Below are positions 45,265 to 55,873 of a DNA stretch of 64,000 nucleotides, in pieces. The notes under the pieces were generated by a model. The model was given only the letters and a program-made list of their open reading frames with translations. It had not been told where the DNA came from and searched no databases. The DNA is taken from NCBI GenBank assembly GCA_049521075.1, contig JBEKPD010000003.1, forward strand, positions 47,766 to 111,765, read 5' to 3'. Within the stretch, counting starts at the first letter, position 1; each line of letters starts with the position of its first letter. The position numbers and the translations under genes are program-made. Source of the DNA: Terracidiphilus sp. (GTDB lineage Bacteria > Acidobacteriota > Terriglobia > Terriglobales > Acidobacteriaceae).

Positions 45265-45995
45265 ATGCCTTCGCCCATCGAAACATAGACGCGCAGGCGT
45301 TCCAGCTCCGCACTATAGGCGGCGCGCTCGGCCTCTTCATCGGCGAAGGGCTTGGCCCAGCGATCGCGGGCGCCGAGACGCTCTTCCAGTTCGTCCACGC
45401 GGACCGAGAGTGCAATAAGGGCATCAGAGAGCGGATCCTTAATCTCATGCGGATCGGTGATGAGCACGCGCTGGCCGTTGTGATAAACGATATGCGCGGG
45501 AACGCCGACCACAGTGGAATTCGGCGGCACGTCGGAGAGAACCACGGAGCCTGCGCCGACGCGCGAATTCTCGCCTACGGTCACGTTGCCGAGGATGTTG
45601 GCGTTGTTGCCTATAAAAACGTTGTCGCAAATAGTAGGGTGGCGCTTGCCATGCTGCTTGCCGGTGCCGCCGAGAGTGACGCCTTGATATATGGTCACGT
45701 CGCTGCCCACGATGGCGGTTTCGCCGATGACGACTCCCGTGGCGTGATCGATGAAGAGCCTCGCACCGATGAGCGCGCCGGGGTGAATGTCGACGCCGGT
45801 ATAGAAACGCGCCACCTGCGAGAGAACGCGCGCGAGTAGACGCAAGTTGCCACGCCATAGCCAGTGCGAGAGACGGTGGATCCACACCGCCCATAGGCCG
45901 GGATAGCAGAGCAGCACTTCAAGACGCGTGCGCGCAGCCGGATCGCGCTCCATGATGGAGCGAATGTCGTCGTGCATGCGATAAAGCAGGGACAT
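45261..45995 (-). CDS. cysE: Serine O-acetyltransferase CysE
   Basis: ERDPAAR, YPGLWA, DIHPGA, DHATGVVIGET, GKRHPT. C-terminal GEGI matches the CysK-binding tail of E. coli CysE (GDGI). Confidence 0.96.
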   Translation of the reverse strand: MSLLYRMHDDIRSIMERDPAARTRLEVLLCYPGLWAVWIHRLSHWLWRGNLRLLARVLSQVARFYTGVDIHPGALIGARLFIDHATGVVIGETAIVGSDVTIYQGVTLGGTGKQHGKRHPTICDNVFIGNNANILGNVTVGENSRVGAGSVVLSDVPPNSTVVGVPAHIVYHNGQRVLITDPHEIKDPLSDALIALSVRVDELEERLGARDRWAKPFADEEAERAAYSAELERLRVYVSMGEGI

Positions 45996-46003
45996 AGGGA
46001 AAC

Positions 46004-46093
46004 AGGGAATAGGGAGTAGCCAATAGGGAGTAGCAAGCGAACCGGATTTTTACTCCGTTTTCTACTCCCTATTCCCTACTGCCTGCTCCCTGC
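46004..46093. repeat. Inverted pair of heptamer arrays between cysK and cysE
   Basis: AGGGAAT AGGGAGT AGCCAAT AGGGAGT AG ... CT ACTCCCT ATTCCCT ACTGCCT GCTCCCT. Confidence 0.8.
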
Positions 46094-46096
46094 TTT

Positions 46097-47077
46097 TTAC
46101 GCCGGCACCGCAATCGGCTCGGGCTGCAGGGCCAGCGCTTGCTGGCGCAGCGGCTCGAAGAGAATGCTCGACAGATAGCGCTCGCCGAAATCGGGTAGGA
46201 CAACCACGATCAGCTTACCCTTATTCTCAGGCCGCGCTGCCACTTTGAGAGCCGCGGCGGCCGCAGCGCCGGAGCTGATGCCCACAAAAAGGCCTTCTTC
46301 CTTGGCCAGCCGCCGCGCCGTCTCAACCGCTTCATCGTTAGAGATCTGAACGATCTCGTCGATGAGCTTGGTGTCGAGAATGCTCGGCACAAAGCCCGCG
46401 CCGATGCCCTGGATCTTGTGCGGGCCGGGCTTGCCGCCGGAGAGCACAGGACTGTCCGTGGGTTCGACGGCGATGGCCTTGAACGACGCTTTCTTGGGCT
46501 TGATGAAGTTCGATACGCCGGTGAGGGTTCCGCCGGTGCCTATGCCGGAGATGAGGATGTCGACTGCACCATCCGTGTCGTCCCAGATCTCTGGGCCGGT
46601 GGTGGCCAGATGGATGGCTGGGTTGGCGGGGTTGTCGAACTGTTGGAGGATGTAGCCGTTGGGCGTCTTTTCCAGGACTTCGTTGGCTTTGGCGATAGCG
46701 CCCTTCATGCCATTGGGACCGGGGGTAAGCACAATTTCCGCGCCGTAAGCGAGCAGGGTCACGCGGCGCTCCAGGCTCATGGTCTCGGGCATGGTGAGGA
46801 TGAGCCGGTAGCCCTTGACCGCGGCCACAAACGCCAGCGCGATGCCGGTGTTGCCGCTGGTGGGCTCGATGAGCACGGTTTTGCCGGGGGTGATCTTGCC
46901 GGCCTTCTCGGCGGCCTCGATCATGGCAAGTCCGATGCGGTCCTTGACGCTCGACGCGGGGTTCTGGCTTTCCAGCTTGACGGCGACGGTAGCCGGAAGT
47001 CCGGCTGCCACACGGTTCAACCGCACCAACGGAGTGCGGCCGATCAATTCAGTAACATTCGCGGCAATGCGCGCCAT
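46097..47077 (-). CDS. cysK: Cysteine synthase A (O-acetylserine sulfhydrylase)
   Basis: [20 protein letters not shown] (PLP Lys), [28 protein letters not shown]; SD AGGAGA. Confidence 0.97.
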   Translation of the reverse strand: MARIAANVTELIGRTPLVRLNRVAAGLPATVAVKLESQNPASSVKDRIGLAMIEAAEKAGKITPGKTVLIEPTSGNTGIALAFVAAVKGYRLILTMPETMSLERRVTLLAYGAEIVLTPGPNGMKGAIAKANEVLEKTPNGYILQQFDNPANPAIHLATTGPEIWDDTDGAVDILISGIGTGGTLTGVSNFIKPKKASFKAIAVEPTDSPVLSGGKPGPHKIQGIGAGFVPSILDTKLIDEIVQISNDEAVETARRLAKEEGLFVGISSGAAAAAALKVAARPENKGKLIVVVLPDFGERYLSSILFEPLRQQALALQPEPIAVPA

Positions 47078-47150
47078 GATGATCTCCTTTTTCCCGGGCC
47101 ACGCGCCCGGACCTGTCAAAATTTTGGGGATTGGTGCAGCTTATCGGAGG

Positions 47151-47178
47151 AAAAAATCGAGCGCGCTTCAGGCGCACT
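47151..47178 (-). terminator. Intrinsic terminator inside the cysK 5' leader (attenuator 3:4 stem)
   Basis: Minus strand AGTGCGC-CTGAA-GCGCGCT-CGA-TTTTTT. Confidence 0.6.
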
Positions 47179-47207
47179 TGAGCATCGGAGCTGGCACCAG
47201 GACGGTG

Positions 47208-47225
47208 TTAGCGACATCGATGCAT
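47208..47225 (-). CDS. Putative leaderless leader peptide MHRCR* upstream of cysK
   Basis: ATG CAT CGA TGT CGC TAA. The ATG is the 7th nt after the -10 hexamer TACGCT. Confidence 0.5.
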   Translation of the reverse strand: MHRCR

Positions 47226-47231
47226 ACAAAT

Positions 47232-47261
47232 AGCGTAGACCCAACGGCCCGGCGATGGCAA
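47232..47261 (-). promoter_or_regulatory. Sigma70 promoter for the cysK-cysE-GNAT operon
   Basis: TTGCCA-N18-TACGCT on the minus strand. Confidence 0.55.
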
Positions 47262-47304
47262 GGGGCGTGATCGGTCCTATGTTTCGGCAACGAATTCTGC
47301 TGGT

Positions 47305-50205
47305 TCATCCGGTGTTGCGCAAGCCTGCGGCGATGCCGTTGATGGTGGCGGCGATGACGCGGTTCACTTCGGGCGTGTCTTCACCCTGGCGCTTGCGGCG
47401 CAGCATGTCGACTTGGATCAAATGCATGGGATCGACGTAAGGGTTGCGCAGCTTGATGGATTGAGCGAGAACCTGGTTGGTTTCAAGCAGCTCCTTCTGG
47501 CGCAGCACGGCGAGCAGGCCGCGCACGGTGCGATGGAACTCGGCCTCGAACAGGTCGTAGATGCGCTCGCGGAGCTGCTCGTCCTTGACCAGCGAGGAGT
47601 AGAGGCGCGCGGTGCCGAGGTCGGCTTTGCCCAGCGCCATTTCCACGTTACGCAGCAGGTCGATGAAGAGCGGAAACTCTCTGGCCATGGTTTGCAGCAG
47701 ATCGATTTTGGATTGGGCGGGTTTGGTTTGGGTGGGATTCGTTTCGGAGGGCGCGCCGGACTCCGAAAGATAGCGATCGATGGCATAGCCCACGCCGAAC
47801 CACGCGGGCACCAGTAGCCGCGACTGCGTCCAGCCGAAGACCCACGGGATGGCGCGGAGATCCGAGAGCTTTGGCGAATTGTTGCGGCGCGCGGGGCGCG
47901 AGCCGATCTTGGCGTTTTCAAGCTCGCCCACGGGCGTCGACTGCTCGAAGTAGGTGATAACGCCCGGATCTTCGAGGATGTGCTCGCGATAAAAGCCGTA
48001 GGCCAGGCTCGAAAGCGTGTCGAACGCTGCCTCCCATTCCGGCTTGAGCACGCCGGTGAAGTGGCCCTCGGGGTCGCGCGCGTTGGGCCGGGCCAAAGCG
48101 TCTAATGAAGCGGCGATCATGAGTTCGAGGTTGCGCTCGGCCAGCACCTCGTCGGCGTATTTGAAGTTGAGCACTTCGCCCTGCTCGGTGATGCGCAACT
48201 GGCCGTCGAAGGAGTCGAAGGGCTGCGCAAAGATGGCGCGATGCGTGGGTCCACCACCGCGGCCCACTGTGCCGCCACGGCCATGGAAGAGGCGCAACCG
48301 GATGCCCGCCTCGCGCGCGGCCACATGTAGATCGCGATGCGCGCGGAAGATCTCCCACGTGGAGGTGAGCATGCCGCCGTCCTTGTTCGAGTCGGAGTAG
48401 CCGAGCATGATCTCCTGCCAATCGCCCCAGCTGGCGAGAAGTTTGCGGTAATCAGGACGACTCCAGAGTTCGCGGCAGATGGCAGGCGCGTTGCGCAGAT
48501 CTTCGATGGACTCGAAGAGAGGCACAGGCATGAGGCCCGGATCGGGGCCTTCTTCTGCGCCTTCGACGGCAACGCCGCCCAGCCGCGCCAGGCGGATCAC
48601 GGCCAACACATCTTCAACCGACGATGCGCCGCTGATGACATACTGGCGAATGGCTTCAGGCGAACATCCCCGCTTGATTTCGGCGACGACGCGGAAGGTT
48701 TCAAGCACGCTCGCGGTTTGTGCGGAGAGCCCGCTGGCCAGCGTCGGCGCAATGGTATCGCTGATCGCCTCCTGCAAAGCGGCAGCATGAACGCGGGCAT
48801 GCTGGCGGATATCGAGCGTATGCAGATGCAGACCGAAGGTACGCACCTGCAGGACGAGCGGATCGATGAGCGTACGGGCGATGCGGATGCCGCCATTCGC
48901 GGCCAGAGACGCGCGCAGCGTTTCGAGATCTTCAACAAAATCCTGGACCGAGCAGTAGGCAGGCAGCGCCTGTGTGAGCTTATCGTTACGGCTCGCCAGC
49001 GTGTAAGGCGTGACGGGCAGCATGCTGCCGGCAGCCGCGTGCGCTTCGCCCGTCTCCTCCAGCGTGCGCTGGATGCGCGCCTTGAGGCAGATCACAAAGC
49101 GGCGGTAGTACTCGAATTCATATTGCGAACCGAAGACCTGCGCTTCAGGCGTGTGCACCAGGGACACATACACGCGGAGCCGCTTCATTAGCGCATCGCT
49201 CGCGGGCCGCTGCTGGGCGCTCGAGGTGAGTAGGTCGATGATGCGGTCGAGCCGGCGCTGGTAGTAGAGCAGCAGATGGCCGCGGGCCAGTTGCAGCGCG
49301 GCGCGCGTGACCTCAGGCGTCACAAAGGGATTGCCGTCGCGGTCGCCGCCGATCCAAGAGCCGAAGTGCAGAACCAGGGGCAGCTCGTGGGGCTCGATTT
49401 CGAGGCCATAGGCTGCGCCGAGGGCCGCGGAGATCTCGCGATAGAGCCCGGGCAGAGTCTCGAAGATCGAAACGTCATAGTAGTCGAGGCCCATCTTGAT
49501 CTCGTCGTAGACGGTGGGCCGGCGCGAGCGCACTTCGTCGGTCTGCCACAGGCCAGTGATTTCAGCCAAAACCAGTTCTTCGAGCCGGGCAAGATCCAGC
49601 CCGGGGATGGGGATGCGGTCGAGCGCCTCGAGAAACTCGCCGATGCGGCGGCGCTTGAACATGACGGTGCGGCGCGCGGCTTCAGTAGGATGAGCCGTGA
49701 AGACCGGCACGATGAGCACACGGCGCAGCCAGTTCAGAGCCTCTTCCGCGCCAATGCCCACGCGGCGCATCTCCGAGAGCGTGCCTGCAAGCGAACCGCG
49801 CTGGCGGCCGGCCTGTCCGCTCAGGCGCAGGGCAACGCGGCGGCGCTTGCGATGATTCGTTTCCGCCAAATTGATGAGCTCGAAGTAGAAGGCGAAGGCA
49901 CGCGTGAGCAAGATGGCGCGCTCTACGGGAAGTGAGTGCACCAGATCGAGAGCGGCGACGGCGTGACGCGCGGCCTCTCCGGCCTGGCCGCGGAGCTCCG
50001 CGTCACGGCGGCGGATGGTGCCCTGGCGCAAAGCCTCGACCTGCTCGAAGGCCTCGCTGCCGGCCTGCTCGCGCAGCACCGTGCCAAGGAGTGTGCCCAG
50101 CGAGCGCACGTCGCGGCGCAGAGGCGCCTCTTTCAGGTCGCCGGACTGCGCTTCAATCTCTGCCAGCCGCTGGGACCAGCTCTCGGGGTTCCAAAGGGAA
50201 GCCAT
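47305..50205 (-). CDS. ppc: Phosphoenolpyruvate carboxylase
   Basis: FTAHPTE, GSWIGGDRDGNP, MLGYSDSNKDGG, FHGRGGTVGRGGGP, LRAIPWVFGW, LRNTG. Confidence 0.97.
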   Translation of the reverse strand: MASLWNPESWSQRLAEIEAQSGDLKEAPLRRDVRSLGTLLGTVLREQAGSEAFEQVEALRQGTIRRRDAELRGQAGEAARHAVAALDLVHSLPVERAILLTRAFAFYFELINLAETNHRKRRRVALRLSGQAGRQRGSLAGTLSEMRRVGIGAEEALNWLRRVLIVPVFTAHPTEAARRTVMFKRRRIGEFLEALDRIPIPGLDLARLEELVLAEITGLWQTDEVRSRRPTVYDEIKMGLDYYDVSIFETLPGLYREISAALGAAYGLEIEPHELPLVLHFGSWIGGDRDGNPFVTPEVTRAALQLARGHLLLYYQRRLDRIIDLLTSSAQQRPASDALMKRLRVYVSLVHTPEAQVFGSQYEFEYYRRFVICLKARIQRTLEETGEAHAAAGSMLPVTPYTLASRNDKLTQALPAYCSVQDFVEDLETLRASLAANGGIRIARTLIDPLVLQVRTFGLHLHTLDIRQHARVHAAALQEAISDTIAPTLASGLSAQTASVLETFRVVAEIKRGCSPEAIRQYVISGASSVEDVLAVIRLARLGGVAVEGAEEGPDPGLMPVPLFESIEDLRNAPAICRELWSRPDYRKLLASWGDWQEIMLGYSDSNKDGGMLTSTWEIFRAHRDLHVAAREAGIRLRLFHGRGGTVGRGGGPTHRAIFAQPFDSFDGQLRITEQGEVLNFKYADEVLAERNLELMIAASLDALARPNARDPEGHFTGVLKPEWEAAFDTLSSLAYGFYREHILEDPGVITYFEQSTPVGELENAKIGSRPARRNNSPKLSDLRAIPWVFGWTQSRLLVPAWFGVGYAIDRYLSESGAPSETNPTQTKPAQSKIDLLQTMAREFPLFIDLLRNVEMALGKADLGTARLYSSLVKDEQLRERIYDLFEAEFHRTVRGLLAVLRQKELLETNQVLAQSIKLRNPYVDPMHLIQVDMLRRKRQGEDTPEVNRVIAATINGIAAGLRNTG

Positions 50206-50296
50206 GCTGATTTGATTATGCACGAGGCACTTCAGGCAGCGTATGCTCGCCAATCTCGGAGGTGCTGTATCGTGAAGGTGCAACCAATCGCCCGTC

Positions 50297-51112
50297 ATGT
50301 CTAAACGCGAAAAGCGGTACGAATCCGAACGCGAGAGCCTGCGCGCACAGATGATTGAAAACGCGGCCGAGATCAACCGCCTTCACCGGCGGGTACACGA
50401 GACTTTCTCCGGGACATCAACCGCCGAGAACTCTCGCGAAGAATGGTCCGGCGCTTGCCGGGAGTTCCACGACCGCTATGCACAACTCTGCATCCCTGGC
50501 GGTTGGGACAGCAGCTTTATGGACCGGTTGAAGGTAGGTGAATTTCACACGGTAGAAGCGGCGCTCTGCTTTCTTGAGGTACGCCCATATTTCTTTCGCT
50601 CCGGTTATATGTGGAAGGACCTGCTAAGGAAATGCAAGCGGGTCCGCATGAACGAGGAGCAAGCTTCGCGCTTCATTGCCCTTCTTGAGCGCCACTCGGA
50701 GTGGAAGACGAATCGCGATGCTAAGGCGAGACGGGGAACGAAGGTCCGGAACAATTTGTCGACCCTTTTTGTGCGATTCGAGAGGCTTTTCCCGATCCAT
50801 TTCCTAGATTCGGATCTCGATGGAATAAATACAGTCGGCGATCTTTATGGCACCCTGTGCCGCAAATTGAAGCTGGAGCCACTTAAAAAACCTGAGGTCA
50901 ACGACGGTAAGGCGAGGAAACCATATTCACCGGGCAAACTCGTAAGATTTCCAAGCATTGGTCTTTACTTGAGCGAGACTCACATGCTGAGCAGTTGGAA
51001 CGCGGCAGATGGCTGGGCGACTCTTGTGGCGACGATCCGTGACGTTTATGGAGCCGGCGACGAACTCAGTATCGGCGCTCAGACGATGCTACCAATCACT
51101 CGAAGCGACTAA
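50297..51112 (+). CDS. Hypothetical protein (helical N-domain; C-terminal ACP-like similarity)
   Basis: 271-aa ORF filling the intergenic gap, with protein-like composition. No family recognised with certainty. Confidence 0.6.
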   Translation: MSKREKRYESERESLRAQMIENAAEINRLHRRVHETFSGTSTAENSREEWSGACREFHDRYAQLCIPGGWDSSFMDRLKVGEFHTVEAALCFLEVRPYFFRSGYMWKDLLRKCKRVRMNEEQASRFIALLERHSEWKTNRDAKARRGTKVRNNLSTLFVRFERLFPIHFLDSDLDGINTVGDLYGTLCRKLKLEPLKKPEVNDGKARKPYSPGKLVRFPSIGLYLSETHMLSSWNAADGWATLVATIRDVYGAGDELSIGAQTMLPITRSD

Positions 51113-51161
51113 AAGAGCATCGGTCTTTCGCTGGGTTGAGCCGTTCGCGCATAATGGCTGG

Positions 51162-52301
51162 ATGAAAATTTCCGGCTGGATTTTCCCCCTTGTTTTCGCA
51201 TGCTTTGTTGTCGTGACTCCGTTGGTGCCGAGCGAGACTAGCTTCGGACAAGCAGCGGCGCGGCCTGCGCGGCCGCTTCCACCAGCGCGCGATCCGCGTA
51301 CGCCGGGCTACGTGGCGGCGACGGAGCTACCCGACGGAGCGGTTCCCGACCCGAATCAGAACGGCAACTTCATCCTGGGGCCAACGCACACTCCGGCGCC
51401 AGAGCTGGCTGATCCCAATCGCCCACTGGACGGGACGGTTGTCGAATTCACAATGAATTCCGAAGACAGCGAATATTATCCGGGGATCGCGCGGAACCCG
51501 GACTCGCATCCCATGCCGGACGCGGCGAACCCGGCGCGCCTCGTGGGCGTGGAGACACATCCCGCGCCGTATGTGCGCAAGGTGGCCGTGTATGTGCCGA
51601 AGGGCTACGTGCCGGGGAAGGAGATGCCGTTTATTGTGGGCGCGGATGGACCCGATCGCCTGCTGTTCGCCGCGCTGGACGCATTGATTGCCGAGCACAA
51701 ACTGCCGCCGACGGTGGCCGTCTCGATCGGCAATGGCGGCGGCGATGCGCAGGGCAGCGAGCGGGGCCTGGAGTACGACACGACGTCGGATAAGTACGCC
51801 GAGTTTGTGGAGTATGAGGTGCTGCCCGCGGTGGAGAACCACGCGCATGTGAAACTGACGCACGATCCGAATGGGCGGGCGACGACGGGCAACAGTTCCG
51901 GCGGCTCCTGCGCGCTGGCGATGGCGTGGTACCACCCGGACTGGTATCACCGCGTGCTGACGTACTCCGGCACGTACGTGAACCAACAGTGGCCGTGGAA
52001 CCCCGCGACGCCGCATGGCGCGTGGGGATTTCACGAGCAGCTGATTCCGCACAGCGCACGCAAGCCACTGCGCATCTGGATGGAAGTGGGCGACCGCGAC
52101 AATCTGAACCCCAACACAATGCGCGACGAGATGCACGACTGGGTGTTGGCCAACGAACGCATGGCGCAAGTGCTGGCGGAGAAGCACTATCCGTATCAGT
52201 TTGTGTTTGCGCGCAACGCGGTGCACGTGGACCGGGCCGTGCGGCAGCAGACGCTGCCGGAAGCATTGGAGTGGGTGTGGCGGGGGTACAAGGCGAAGTA
52301 G
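51162..52301 (+). CDS. Exported alpha/beta-hydrolase (Fes/enterochelin-esterase-like)
   Basis: Signal peptide, RKVAVYVP, RGLEYDT, GNSSGG (GxSxG), Asp and His near the C-terminus. Confidence 0.85.
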   Translation: MKISGWIFPLVFACFVVVTPLVPSETSFGQAAARPARPLPPARDPRTPGYVAATELPDGAVPDPNQNGNFILGPTHTPAPELADPNRPLDGTVVEFTMNSEDSEYYPGIARNPDSHPMPDAANPARLVGVETHPAPYVRKVAVYVPKGYVPGKEMPFIVGADGPDRLLFAALDALIAEHKLPPTVAVSIGNGGGDAQGSERGLEYDTTSDKYAEFVEYEVLPAVENHAHVKLTHDPNGRATTGNSSGGSCALAMAWYHPDWYHRVLTYSGTYVNQQWPWNPATPHGAWGFHEQLIPHSARKPLRIWMEVGDRDNLNPNTMRDEMHDWVLANERMAQVLAEKHYPYQFVFARNAVHVDRAVRQQTLPEALEWVWRGYKAK

Positions 52302-52309
52302 AGAACGAT

Positions 52310-52885
52310 TTATTTGCGCCCGGTGGCATTGCGGCGGAAGCAAGTGGGGCTGTGATCGTTCACCATGCCGGCAGCCTGCATAAATGCGTACACGATGACG
52401 GGGCCAACAAATTTGAAACCGCGTTTCTTGAGCTGCTTCGACATTTCGACGGCGAGCGGCGTTTGCGCTGGGATGGGACCTTCGTTCCTGATGGGCTTGC
52501 CGCCCACAATGTCCCAGAGAAACGTGGCGAAGTGTTCGCCGGCCTTTTGCATCTCGACGTAAATGCGAGCAGCCTTGATGGTGGCTTCAATTTTGGCGCG
52601 CGAGCGAATGATGCCGGGATTCTCGAGCAGGCGCTCGACGTCGGCTTCGCGGAAGCGGGCGACTTTGAACGGGTCGAAATCTTTGAAGGCTTTACGGAAT
52701 TCGTCGCGTTTGCGCAGCACAATGATCCAGGCCAGGCCAGCCTGAAATCCTTCGAGCATGAGCAGCTCCCAGAGGGCGCGGCTGTCGCATACGGGCACGC
52801 CCCACTCCGTGTCGTGGTAGTCGCGAAGGAGCGGATCGCTCTCTGCCCATGTGCAGCGGGATTTAGGTGCTTTGCTGTTCATCAT
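52310..52885 (-). CDS. tag: DNA-3-methyladenine glycosylase I
   Basis: RCTW, YHDTEWG, LEGFQAGLAW, GFKFVGP, AAGMVNDH. Confidence 0.95.
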   Translation of the reverse strand: MMNSKAPKSRCTWAESDPLLRDYHDTEWGVPVCDSRALWELLMLEGFQAGLAWIIVLRKRDEFRKAFKDFDPFKVARFREADVERLLENPGIIRSRAKIEATIKAARIYVEMQKAGEHFATFLWDIVGGKPIRNEGPIPAQTPLAVEMSKQLKKRGFKFVGPVIVYAFMQAAGMVNDHSPTCFRRNATGRK

Positions 52886-52928
52886 TCCGATCGTACGCAA
52901 AGATTTCGTTCGACGCCAGACTTCAAGC

Positions 52929-54926
<1,998 letters not shown>

Positions 54927-54966
54927 GAAAGTCCATTTTCGCAGAGCGCGCGGGAGCTTGTAATCG

Positions 54967-55497
54967 CTATGGCCTGATCTCGACCGGCGTGCCAGTCGGC
55001 ACCATATCCCAGATTTCGTCGATCTCCTGATCGGTGACCGCAATGCAGCCGAGCGTCCAATCGTAGAGGCGATGCGCAGCGCCGATCGCGCCCATGCCGT
55101 TGGGCAAACCATGAATCATGATGGCGCCGCCGGGCGCGACCCCCAGCTTGGCTGCGTGTTTGCGATCTTCGTCATTCGGATAAGAAACGTGCAGGGCTTT
55201 GTGGTAGTGGCTCGCCGCATTGCGGCTGTCGATGATGTAGTGGCCCTCTGGCGTGCGTCCATCGCCCTCGCGCTCTTTCAGCGCGAGACCACCGCTGCCC
55301 AGCGCCACCTTGTAGGTGCGGATCACCCTGCCGCCTCGCAGCAATTCGAGCACGTGATCCTTTTTGAGAATCAGAATCGAATCGGCCTTTTGTGGTGGAG
55401 GCATCGGTTGAGCCATCAGCGGAACGGCGAAGATCAGGATCGCGCACCAGACCGCGGCGCGCGTCCATCGATGATTGCTGCCTGAGTTGGATTGCAT
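54967..55497 (-). CDS. L,D-transpeptidase family protein (YkuD; YafK-like)
   Basis: GRTPEGHY, LHVSYPN, IMIHG...DWTLGCIAV (His/Cys catalytic motif); signal peptide. Confidence 0.92.
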   Translation of the reverse strand: MQSNSGSNHRWTRAAVWCAILIFAVPLMAQPMPPPQKADSILILKKDHVLELLRGGRVIRTYKVALGSGGLALKEREGDGRTPEGHYIIDSRNAASHYHKALHVSYPNDEDRKHAAKLGVAPGGAIMIHGLPNGMGAIGAAHRLYDWTLGCIAVTDQEIDEIWDMVPTGTPVEIRP

Positions 55498-55531
55498 GCG
55501 CTCACTCTACTACAGGAGAGCGCGGGATCGG

Positions 55532-55855
55532 CTAGTCGAGGTGAAAGACCTCTTCCATCGCAGCCCACCACTCGCCTTCGCTGCGGTCGGACAGAGGGTT
55601 TTGCATGGGCATCACGAGGGCCCACCACTCCTGCGTGGTCTTATCGGCGGCCATGCGCGCCATGTCGGCGGCGAAATCTGTGCCGTGATACTCGAAGTAA
55701 CTAAAGAGGGTGTGATTGCGCAGATAGATGGAGTAGTTGCGGATGTTCGAGGCGTGGATCGTCTCAAGCACCGCAGGCCAGACTGCGGCATGATGTTCCT
55801 TATATTTCTGTTCGGCCTCGGGCTTGAGGCCGATCACCATTCCATAACGCTTCAT
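55532..55855 (-). CDS. rhaM: L-rhamnose mutarotase
   Basis: YKEHHAAVWP, NYSIY, LFSYFEY, QEWW, EEVFHLD. Confidence 0.85.
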   Translation of the reverse strand: MKRYGMVIGLKPEAEQKYKEHHAAVWPAVLETIHASNIRNYSIYLRNHTLFSYFEYHGTDFAADMARMAADKTTQEWWALVMPMQNPLSDRSEGEWWAAMEEVFHLD

Positions 55856-55873
55856 GGGACCTCGCTGGGAAGA

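Noticed and set aside
47700-47760. Short GGTTT-like repeats giving a small insertion (SETNPTQTKPAQSK) in Ppc
   Set aside because: Too short and degenerate to distinguish from ordinary loop variation.
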